A stretch of DNA of 40,000 bases from Bacteroides phage PhiCrAssBcn25. Numbering within the stretch: the stretch's first letter is position 1; every line of letters starts with the position of its first letter. The notes under the pieces are model-generated. The model saw nothing but the letters and a program-made list of their open reading frames with translations. It ran no database searches and was not told the DNA's origin. The DNA is taken from sequence record OQ221560.1; one strand, written 5' to 3'. The translations under genes were made by a program, and so were the position numbers. Positions 7,132-12,986 of the stretch are shown in pieces.

Positions 7132-7199
7132 CTGTTTCATGTTTTCATAATGTTTGTTTTTTTTTTACAGGTATTGGGCACACCTTAAGTGCCCTACAC

Positions 7200-7273
7200 T
7201 GCTCCTTAGTTCAGTGGTTTAGAATAGCACTTTTACACAGTGAAGGTCATTAGTTCGATTCTAATAGGAGCAA
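7200..7273 (+). tRNA. tRNA-Val (TAC)
   Basis: TGCTCCT/AGGAGCA; loop TTTACAC; ATTAG TTCGATT CTAAT. Confidence 0.9.
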
Positions 7274-7348
7274 CATTTAGACACTACTACAGTTAACAGT
7301 AAATCAATATATGCTGTAGATATATTGGTTGAATGGTGTCTATCTAAT

Positions 7349-7420
7349 GGGTTGTTAGCTCAATGGTGGAGCAAGTGGCTGTTAACCACGAGGCTATAGG
7401 TTCGAGTCCTATACTTCCCG
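7349..7420 (+). tRNA. tRNA-Asn (GTT)
   Basis: AGTGG CTGTTAA CCACG; ATAGG TTCGAGT CCTAT; acceptor GGGTTGT/ACTTCCC has two mismatches. Confidence 0.85.
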
Positions 7421-7439
7421 CAGATTTAAAGTAGAAGTC

Positions 7440-7772
7440 ATGAAAGAGATTAGAAGTAAAATGATTGTTGAGGATAGAAGTAAGGTGAAAGCAGTTCACT
7501 TTAAATATCCTGAAATGATGAGTGAGAATGCTCAGGAAGAGATTAAGAATAATTATAATGAATTATTATCTCTTGAAGAGGAACTCTATAGTGCAAGAGA
7601 AGTTGTGAGAGAGTTAGAAAAGAAACTCACAGAAAAGAAAAAGAAGTTTGATGAAAAGACTTTATTGTGTACATTAGAGTTTGAAACAAGTGAGAAAGAT
7701 ATAGTGAACTATGAATCTCATGTACTATTCAAGGGTATGGGTAATGATACATTAGGTCATTATAGTACTTAA
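7440..7772 (+). CDS. hypothetical protein (coiled-coil-like)
   Basis: 110 aa ORF embedded between tRNA genes. Confidence 0.75.
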   Translation: MKEIRSKMIVEDRSKVKAVHFKYPEMMSENAQEEIKNNYNELLSLEEELYSAREVVRELEKKLTEKKKKFDEKTLLCTLEFETSEKDIVNYESHVLFKGMGNDTLGHYST

Positions 7773-7775
7773 TAT

Positions 7776-7846
7776 GTATCCTTAGTTTAATGGTAGAATG
7801 TTGCTCTCCAAAAGCAAAGGTAGTAGTTCGATTCTATTAGGATATG
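7776..7846 (+). tRNA. tRNA-Trp (CCA)
   Basis: GTATCCT/AGGATAT; TTGCT CTCCAAA AGCAA. Confidence 0.9.
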
Positions 7847-7853
7847 CTTAAAT

Positions 7854-7925
7854 TGGTACATCTTCTAAAGGTTAGGAAACATCTCTGATAAGGATGCAAT
7901 CACAGTTCAATTCTGTGTGTACCAA
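7854..7925 (+). tRNA. tRNA-Ile (GAT)
   Basis: TGGTACA/TGTACCA; CATCT CTGATAA GGATG. Confidence 0.9.
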
Positions 7926-7932
7926 CTTATAT

Positions 7933-8005
7933 TCTGATATACTTCAATAGGTAGAAGGCTGCTCTCATAAGGCAGTAGTTATAGGTTCAAGTCCTATTAT
8001 CAGAA
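7933..8005 (+). tRNA. tRNA with anticodon CAT (Met or lysidine-dependent Ile2)
   Basis: TCTGATA/TATCAGA; CTGCT CTCATAA GGCAG; ATAGG TTCAAGT CCTAT. Confidence 0.9.
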
Positions 8006-8007
8006 CT

Positions 8008-8081
8008 GTGTTAGTATTTTAATTGGTCAGAAGTCCTGACTGTGAATCAGGAGGGTATGGGTTCAAATCCCATCTAACACC
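8008..8081 (+). tRNA. tRNA-His (GTG)
   Basis: GTGTTAG/CTAACAC, discriminator C; CCTGA CTGTGAA TCAGG. Confidence 0.95.
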
Positions 8082-8088
8082 CCAATAT

Positions 8089-8162
8089 GCTGAGGTAGCA
8101 CAAGTGGTAAATGCAGATGGCTTATATCCATAAGATAGTGGGTTCAAATCCTACCCTCAGTA
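8089..8162 (+). tRNA. tRNA-Ile (TAT)
   Basis: GCTGAGG/CCTCAGT; GATGG CTTATAT CCATA; GTGGG TTCAAAT CCTAC. Confidence 0.8.
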
Positions 8163-8168
8163 CTATTC

Positions 8169-8241
8169 CTCCAGTTGTCTGAATGGTTTAGGTCCCAGTC
8201 TGCAAAACTGTGGTATGGGAGTTCAAGTCTCCCACTGGAGT
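8169..8241 (+). tRNA. tRNA-Cys (GCA)
   Basis: CTCCAGT/ACTGGAG, discriminator T; CAGT CTGCAAA ACTG; GGGAG TTCAAGT CTCCC. Confidence 0.9.
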
Positions 8242-8251
8242 CTTATTAAAT

Positions 8252-8324
8252 ACCTCTATAGCTGAATGGTTAAAGCTGCTCCCTCTTAAGGAGAAGATTC
8301 TAAGTTCGATTCTTAGTGGAGGTA
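8252..8324 (+). tRNA. tRNA-Lys (CTT)
   Basis: ACCTCTA/TGGAGGT; CTCC CTCTTAA GGAG; CTAAG TTCGATT CTTAG. Confidence 0.9.
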
Positions 8325-8329
8325 CATAT

Positions 8330-8401
8330 TCCCCTATAGCAGACAGGTGTAGGCAATAGACTTTTAATCTATGAGGTGAGGTTCAATTCCTCATGGGGGA
8401 A
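8330..8401 (+). tRNA. tRNA-Lys (TTT)
   Basis: TCCCCTA/TGGGGGA; ATAGA CTTTTAA TCTAT; TGAGG TTCAATT CCTCA; weak D-stem. Confidence 0.85.
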
Positions 8402-8411
8402 CAAATATAAT

Positions 8412-8506
8412 GGGTACATAACATCAGCAGACTGTAAATCTGCCCTCCTTTATCAAATTGATGTAATGGACTTTGGAGTAGGGGAGTTCGAGTCTCTCTG
8501 TGCCCA
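8412..8506 (+). tRNA. tRNA-Tyr-like (GTA) lacking a D-arm
   Basis: GGGTACA/TGTGCCC acceptor; GCAGA CTGTAAA TCTGC anticodon arm; GGGAG TTCGAGT CTCTC T-arm; only ~8 nt between acceptor and anticodon stem; ACATCA 8421-8426 complements TGATGT 8459-8464. Confidence 0.65.
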
Positions 8507-8572
8507 CTTTGGTTTCTTCTCCTTGTCAGGGAAGAGTAATAGTCTGTAGTTACATGCAGGCTTCCAAATAAT

Positions 8573-8648
8573 GGAGATTTGGTGTAGGTGGTTATTTGCA
8601 CGATAGTCTGAAAAACTATAGGCTTAAGTTCAATTCTTAGAGTCTCCA
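8573..8648 (+). tRNA. tRNA-Phe (GAA)
   Basis: GGAGATT/AGTCTCC; ATAGT CTGAAAA ACTAT; TTAAG TTCAATT CTTAG. Confidence 0.9.
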
Positions 8649-8659
8649 CAATTTATAAT

Positions 8660-8748
8660 GCCCCTTTGGTGGAATTTGGTAGACACTCTGGATTTAGGCT
8701 CCAGTGCGAAGTAATAGTAGTGTAAGAGTTCGAGTCTCTTAGGGGGTA
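8660..8748 (+). tRNA. tRNA-Leu (TAG)
   Basis: GCCCCTT/AGGGGGT; CTGGA TTTAGGC TCCAG; long variable arm; AAGAG TTCGAGT CTCTT. Confidence 0.9.
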
Positions 8749-8770
8749 CAAAAAAAAATATGCAGATTTA

Positions 8771-8802
8771 CTTGCATATATAAATTATAATACATATCTT
8801 TG
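8771..8802 (+). promoter_or_regulatory. Bacteroidetes-type promoter CTTG-N20-TATCTTTG
   Basis: CTTG 8771-8774, N20, TATCTTTG 8795-8802; next ATG at 8823. Confidence 0.8.
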
Positions 8803-8822
8803 TAACATCAAATTAAAACAAC

Positions 8823-9272
8823 ATGATAGATACATTTGGAGACAATCTATTAGAAGGTTTTGAATATGAATCTCCTTCACATGAAGGAAATCAATTTAAA
8901 GACTTTCTTTGTGTACTTGAAGGATTCAAGACTAAGTTTAAGAATCTTCATTGGTCAGCATATAGCAATTCAATCCATGTAAGGGTTGATGAACTTATTG
9001 ATAAAATATCTGATTATCAAGACATTCTTGCAGAAGAAGTTCAAGGTATTCAGGGACAGTTTGAACCAAACTTCCTTAAAGGAACTAACTTTGATTTCAC
9101 TTGTCCTCATGAGGCAATTGATAACTTGATAAGTAGAACTGATACTTTTTATTCTAAGTTACCTCAGTCTTCTGACTTTGCTGGAGTTAGAAGTGAGTGT
9201 GAAGCCTTCATCACCAATCTTCACAAGTATAGATACTTGTTTGATTTATGTAGAAGAGGTGCAATGGATTAA
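8823..9272 (+). CDS. Dps/ferritin-like protein (putative)
   Basis: 149 aa; FKTKFKNLHWSAYSNSIHVRVDELIDKISDYQDILAEEVQGI resembles the Dps ferroxidase segment NxHW...H..D....D.iAE. Confidence 0.6.
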   Translation: MIDTFGDNLLEGFEYESPSHEGNQFKDFLCVLEGFKTKFKNLHWSAYSNSIHVRVDELIDKISDYQDILAEEVQGIQGQFEPNFLKGTNFDFTCPHEAIDNLISRTDTFYSKLPQSSDFAGVRSECEAFITNLHKYRYLFDLCRRGAMD

Positions 9273-9275
9273 ATG

Positions 9276-9351
9276 GCTCAGTGGTGCAACTTGGTAGACA
9301 CAACAGGTTTAAGCCCTGTAAAAGTGAGGGTTCGACCCCCTCTTGAGCTAC
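9276..9351 (+). tRNA. tRNA-Leu (TAA), short variable region
   Basis: GGCTCAG/TTGAGCT; Leu-type D region GTGC AACTTGGTAGA CAC; ACAGG TTTAAGC CCTGT; GAGGG TTCGACC CCCTC; only AAAAGT between stems. Confidence 0.85.
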
Positions 9352-9358
9352 CATAATG

Positions 9359-9429
9359 GGTTTGTAGTTTAATGGTAAAACACTGCTCTTGTAAAGCAGA
9401 TTTCTCAGTTCAATTCTGGGCATTCCCTC
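9359..9429 (+). tRNA. tRNA-Thr (TGT)
   Basis: CTGCT CTTGTAA AGCAG; CTCAG TTCAATT CTGGG; GGGTTTG/CATTCCC with two T-T mismatches. Confidence 0.85.
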
Positions 9430-9435
9430 AACTTG

Positions 9436-9508
9436 TAGGTATGGTGTTAGTGGTTAGCACATGACATTGCCAATGTCAAGGGGACAGTTCAAATCTGTTT
9501 ATCTACTC
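9436..9508 (+). tRNA. tRNA-Gly (GCC)
   Basis: GTAGGTA/TATCTAC; TGACA TTGCCAA TGTCA. Confidence 0.9.
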
Positions 9509-9509
9509 T

Positions 9510-9926
9510 ATGGAAAGTAAAGTTTGTAGTAAATGTGGAATAGAAAAGCCATCAAGTGAATTTGCTTTAAATAAGACCAGAAAAGATGGTCATGCTTCTG
9601 ATTGTAAGTCTTGTAGAAAGAGGTATAGAGATGAACATTATAGACTCCATAAAGAGTATTATAAAGAAAAGGCAGCAGCCTATAAAAGAAAGAAGACTAA
9701 AGAATTAGAAGAGTTTAAAAGCACCCTAAAGTGTGTAATATGTGGTGAAAATAGACCTTGGTGTTTGGATTTTCATCATATAAATCCTGAGGAGAAAGAA
9801 GGGGAAATAGCAAAACTTATTGAATCTCCAAGGAGATTACAAGAAGAATTAAAGAAGTGTATAGTCCTATGTGCTAACTGCCATAGAGATTTACACTATA
9901 AAGAAAGAAATGCAGGTGTCGTATAA
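9510..9926 (+). CDS. HNH endonuclease (McrA-like, zinc-ribbon type)
   Basis: 138 aa; CSKCGIEKPSSEF..CKSC and CVICGENRPWCLDFHHINPEEK...LCANCHRDLHY. Confidence 0.9.
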   Translation: MESKVCSKCGIEKPSSEFALNKTRKDGHASDCKSCRKRYRDEHYRLHKEYYKEKAAAYKRKKTKELEEFKSTLKCVICGENRPWCLDFHHINPEEKEGEIAKLIESPRRLQEELKKCIVLCANCHRDLHYKERNAGVV

Positions 9927-9983
9927 AGGTTAGTATAGGAGATTTCCAATCTTCTGGTTAGAGTTCGATTCTCTTCACCTGCT
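9912..9983 (+). tRNA. tRNA-Gly (TCC)
   Basis: GCAGGTG/CACCTGC; GGAGA TTTCCAA TCTTC; AGAG TTCGATT CTCT; 5' 15 nt overlap the HNH ORF end. Confidence 0.9.
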
Positions 9984-9991
9984 CTATAAAT

Positions 9992-10078
9992 CGCGAGGTA
10001 GTGTAATGGCAACATGTGTGGCTCATAACCACAAGAAGCAGTAATACTGTGTTGGAAGTTCGAGTCTTCCCTTCGCAA
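9992..10078 (+). tRNA. CAT-anticodon tRNA with long variable arm and C1-A72 mismatch
   Basis: CGCGAGG TA GTGT AATGGCA ACAT G TGTGG CTCATAA CCACA AGAAGCAGTAATACTGTGTT GGAAG TTCGAGT CTTCC CTTCGCA A. Confidence 0.75.
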
Positions 10079-10097
10079 CTAAATTAAAGTGAATAAT

Positions 10098-10247
10098 ATG
10101 AAAGAGGAGAAGACATTAATCACTTGTATTATAGGCTCTACAGTTAGAGAAGTAATCAAGCAAGCTCAAGAGCTTGAAATTAGAAGAGAAGATATAGTAA
10201 GTATGTTTCCTTTAGGAGGGCAGATTTACTTAGTATTTTATGAGTAA
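10098..10247 (+). CDS. small hypothetical protein (49 aa)
   Basis: MKEEETLITCIIGSTVREVIKQAQELEIRREDIVSMFPLGGQIYLVFYE; fills the gap between tRNAs and the next gene; below the ORF track cut-off. Confidence 0.6.
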   Translation: MKEEKTLITCIIGSTVREVIKQAQELEIRREDIVSMFPLGGQIYLVFYE

Positions 10248-10261
10248 AAACAACTGGTATT

Positions 10262-10510
10262 ATGGAAGAGAAGAAGACAAAAGAACCTCAGTACAATGAA
10301 TCTAAGATGATGTTACAGCTTGCTGTTTATAGTGCTGTTGGTAAATACAAGAGTATTAGGAGAGCTATCAGAAGGGGTCATGTAGTATCTTGGGGAGAAG
10401 AAGTCCCAAAGAGACCTTTCAATAATAGAAAGAGGACCTGTGGTAGGGAGTTACAGATTACTAAAGAGAAGATTTATGGAGAACTTAAGTATAGAAACCA
10501 AGCCAGTTGA
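10262..10510 (+). CDS. hypothetical protein
   Basis: 82 aa basic ORF. Confidence 0.65.
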   Translation: MEEKKTKEPQYNESKMMLQLAVYSAVGKYKSIRRAIRRGHVVSWGEEVPKRPFNNRKRTCGRELQITKEKIYGELKYRNQAS

Positions 10511-10706
10511 GCTTGAGACTCCCAAGGAAGAATATAATAATATACCTGTTGTATATTGTAAGCATTGTCTATCATTAGCAATAAGAAACTCAGATGGCAT
10601 AGATTACTGTGACAAATGTGGTGGAACTGAAACTGGTGAGGCACACATACATGAATGGGAGAAAATGTATGCACAGAAGTATGGAGGAAATTATGTAAAC
10701 AGATAA
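10476..10706 (+). CDS. small zinc-ribbon-like protein
   Basis: Start moved to MENLSIETKP; YCKHCLS...DYCDKCGG four-cysteine motif. Confidence 0.65.
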   Translation: MENLSIETKPVELETPKEEYNNIPVVYCKHCLSLAIRNSDGIDYCDKCGGTETGEAHIHEWEKMYAQKYGGNYVNR

Positions 10707-10711
10707 TAAAG

Positions 10712-11041
10712 ATGGAAGAGAAGAATAACATGAAAGTTGTAAAGGGTGGCAAAGATACTCCAGAAGTGAGAAAGCTAAGTTATGAAGAACTGGAGAATAC
10801 TGCACATCAGTTGTCTGAACAAAGCAGACAGTTATATATGCAGAATCAGAAGTTAAGTCAGGCTTTACAAGAAGCTAATCTTGCTAACTTCTATGAAAGA
10901 TTGAAGTGGCTATGGACAGTAATTACTTCTACTACACCTTATATCTCAGAGGAGTTCAAGCAGAAGTGTGGTGCAGAATTTGAAGTACTAATGACTCAAC
11001 CTGAACAGGAACCTGAGGAAGAAGTAAAGGAAGGAGAATAA
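10712..11041 (+). CDS. hypothetical protein
   Basis: Start moved to MEEKNNMKVVKGG; helical and glutamate-rich C-terminus. Confidence 0.7.
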   Translation: MEEKNNMKVVKGGKDTPEVRKLSYEELENTAHQLSEQSRQLYMQNQKLSQALQEANLANFYERLKWLWTVITSTTPYISEEFKQKCGAEFEVLMTQPEQEPEEEVKEGE

Positions 11042-11044
11042 ACT

Positions 11045-11428
11045 ATGGCTAAGCAAGTGGATTCAATAGTTAGGATTCCTTGCAAGGTAGATGGTAAGTT
11101 CTTTAGATATTGGTTTGAATTCTTACAACCTTTTCATAACTTGACTGAGAGAGAAATGGATGTCATTACTTCATTTGTGAAGCAAAGATATGAACTCAGC
11201 AAGGTCATTAAAGATAATGAGATACTTGATAAGGTTACTATGAGTGAAGATACTAAGAAGAAAGTAAGGGAAGAGTGTGATATATCTCTTCCTCACTTTC
11301 AAGTCATCATGGGTAAGTTAAGAAAGAATAAGGTCATCATTGATGGGAAGATAAACCCAAGATACATTCCATCAGTAGATGAAGAGAATGGTTCATTCAA
11401 GATGATGTTATTATTTGATTTCTCATGA
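11045..11428 (+). CDS. conserved-looking phage protein, unknown function
   Basis: 127 aa in the block upstream of TerL. Confidence 0.75.
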   Translation: MAKQVDSIVRIPCKVDGKFFRYWFEFLQPFHNLTEREMDVITSFVKQRYELSKVIKDNEILDKVTMSEDTKKKVREECDISLPHFQVIMGKLRKNKVIIDGKINPRYIPSVDEENGSFKMMLLFDFS

Positions 11429-11709
11429 TATACTCAGAAGCAATAAAACAGGTATCCATAGAACTTGGATTACCACCACAAGTGGTGAAGGAAGCCTATG
11501 AGTCCTATTGGACTTTTATTAGGAATAACATCAAAGCCTTGCCTCTAAAGGAAGACCTAAGCAAAGAGGAGTTTGATAAGTTGAGAACCAATTTCAATAT
11601 CCCATCAATAGGTAAACTAAGTTGTACTTATGATAGGATGATAGGAGTTAAGAAAAGATTTGAACATATAAGAAGATTAAGAGATGATTACAACAATCAA
11701 GAAAGTTAA
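11425..11709 (+). CDS. conserved-looking phage protein, unknown function
   Basis: 94 aa, ATGA overlap with the preceding gene. Confidence 0.75.
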   Translation: MIYSEAIKQVSIELGLPPQVVKEAYESYWTFIRNNIKALPLKEDLSKEEFDKLRTNFNIPSIGKLSCTYDRMIGVKKRFEHIRRLRDDYNNQES

Positions 11710-12094
11710 ACCCATGTTTAACAACATGGTAGTCACTTTAAATAAATACCCTACTGACCTAAAGACTACTGGTGGTATTATAGATAGTACCAGAGCTGGT
11801 TCAGTAAAAGAGTATCAGACAGTAGTAGCTGTTGGACCAATGGTAAGGGGTATTGAAGTAGGAGATATAGTATATATCAATCCAAAAAGATATGCAGTAA
11901 TGCAACATAAGCCCGGCTCATTGCAAGATGGTGTTATTAAAGATAATCCTGTAGTAGGATATAAGTTTGACATCATGGAGATTGATGGAGTTGAGCACAT
12001 GATGATTCAAGATGGAGATGTAAAATTTGTAGCAGAGATTGAGGAATTTGAAGAAAATCCTACTATTGTTACAGGACCACAACTTATAGTATAA
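11684..12094 (+). CDS. GroES/gp31-like co-chaperonin (putative)
   Basis: 136 aa; KPMFNNMVVTLNKYPTD..TGGIIDSTRAG..KEYQTVVAVGPMVRGIEVGDIVYINPKRY has the cpn10 layout. Confidence 0.7.
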   Translation: MITTIKKVKPMFNNMVVTLNKYPTDLKTTGGIIDSTRAGSVKEYQTVVAVGPMVRGIEVGDIVYINPKRYAVMQHKPGSLQDGVIKDNPVVGYKFDIMEIDGVEHMMIQDGDVKFVAEIEEFEENPTIVTGPQLIV

Positions 12095-12098
12095 ATAT

Positions 12099-12131
12099 AA
12101 GCCTGAGCCTATCAAAGGCTTGGGCTTTTTT
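12099..12131 (+). terminator. intrinsic terminator
   Basis: aagcctgagcc tatcaaa ggcttgggctt followed by T-run. Confidence 0.8.
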
Positions 12132-12144
12132 AGTTTTAAGCAGT

Positions 12145-12672
12145 ATGAGATTATTTAAAAGAGATGGTTATAATCTGGTTATATCTGATGAAGCCTATGC
12201 TTTAAAAGCATTCAGGCAGATATGGAATAGAGATAAATCTCTCTCAAAAGAGAGAGCTATTACAGAGCTTGGATATTGTTACTTTATGGAGGACTCCAGA
12301 AGTGATTACAAGTATATAATAGATGAGCAGGAGAGAAAAGAAGCTATTAAGCAGGGTGAAGGTATGAAGGATAACTGGGAACCTGATACTACTGTGAAAG
12401 AAGCTCAAGCACTCTATGCAAGTTTTAAGACTACTTCTGAGCTATTACTTGATGATACAAGGATGCTTGTAGATAAGTATAGAATGAAGTTAAGGAGTAT
12501 GGACTTAACTGAACTTGATATAAAAGAGACTAAGGAATTAGGTGCTATTATTAAACTTATACCATCAATGGTTAAGGATTTGGATGAAGCTGAAAGAGCT
12601 ATTGCTAAGGAATTATCACAGAATGATAGGGTAAGAGGAGCACAGGAAAAAGCAATATATGAAGACTTATAG
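12145..12672 (+). CDS. phage protein upstream of terminase (small-subunit position), function unknown
   Basis: 175 aa, located near TerL. Confidence 0.6.
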   Translation: MRLFKRDGYNLVISDEAYALKAFRQIWNRDKSLSKERAITELGYCYFMEDSRSDYKYIIDEQERKEAIKQGEGMKDNWEPDTTVKEAQALYASFKTTSELLLDDTRMLVDKYRMKLRSMDLTELDIKETKELGAIIKLIPSMVKDLDEAERAIAKELSQNDRVRGAQEKAIYEDL

Positions 12673-12674
12673 TT

Positions 12675-12986
12675 ATGGAAATGAATGATATAATAGAAGG
12701 ACTTAATGTGTATTATGAAGGTTTTCCTAACAGGAGGAAGGGATACTTTGTATTACATAAAATAGTAGATAGTAACCCTGTAGTTAAGTCACAGAAGACT
12801 TATAGAATGCAAGTTTGGTTTGTAAGTGGGAAGGAAAAGATACCTGCATTTGGTGCTCAGTACTCTAATAGAGTTGTTACTGATGCAGAAGAAACTAAAG
12901 TCTTATCTCTCCTAACCACTTCTATTACCAAATCTCTTCTGGAGTATATTAATAAGCAAGATTTTAAGGAGTTATGCAATATTTAG
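12675..12986 (+). CDS. hypothetical protein
   Basis: 103 aa ORF in operon. Confidence 0.7.
   Translation: MEMNDIIEGLNVYYEGFPNRRKGYFVLHKIVDSNPVVKSQKTYRMQVWFVSGKEKIPAFGAQYSNRVVTDAEETKVLSLLTTSITKSLLEYINKQDFKELCNI

Noticed and set aside
7132-7199. Possible terminator at the T-run and GGGCAC/GTGCCC hairpin between tRNA-Ala and tRNA-Val
   Set aside because: The T-run precedes the hairpin rather than following it on the transcribed strand, so it does not fit an intrinsic terminator for the array.
5891-10078. Possible stop-codon reassignment (suppressor tRNA), common in some crAss-like phages
   Set aside because: No CTA, TTA or TCA anticodon was found, and genes end normally with TAA, TAG and TGA (for example TAG at 29468-29470 and 30717-30719), so the standard code appears to be used in this window.
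9211-10078. Minus-strand ORFs at 9211..9423 and 9896..10078 and the similar 8383..8649
   Set aside because: These are antisense readings of tRNA sequence (peptides such as QEGVEPSL and REDSNFQHS are reverse-strand T-arms) and are not credible genes.
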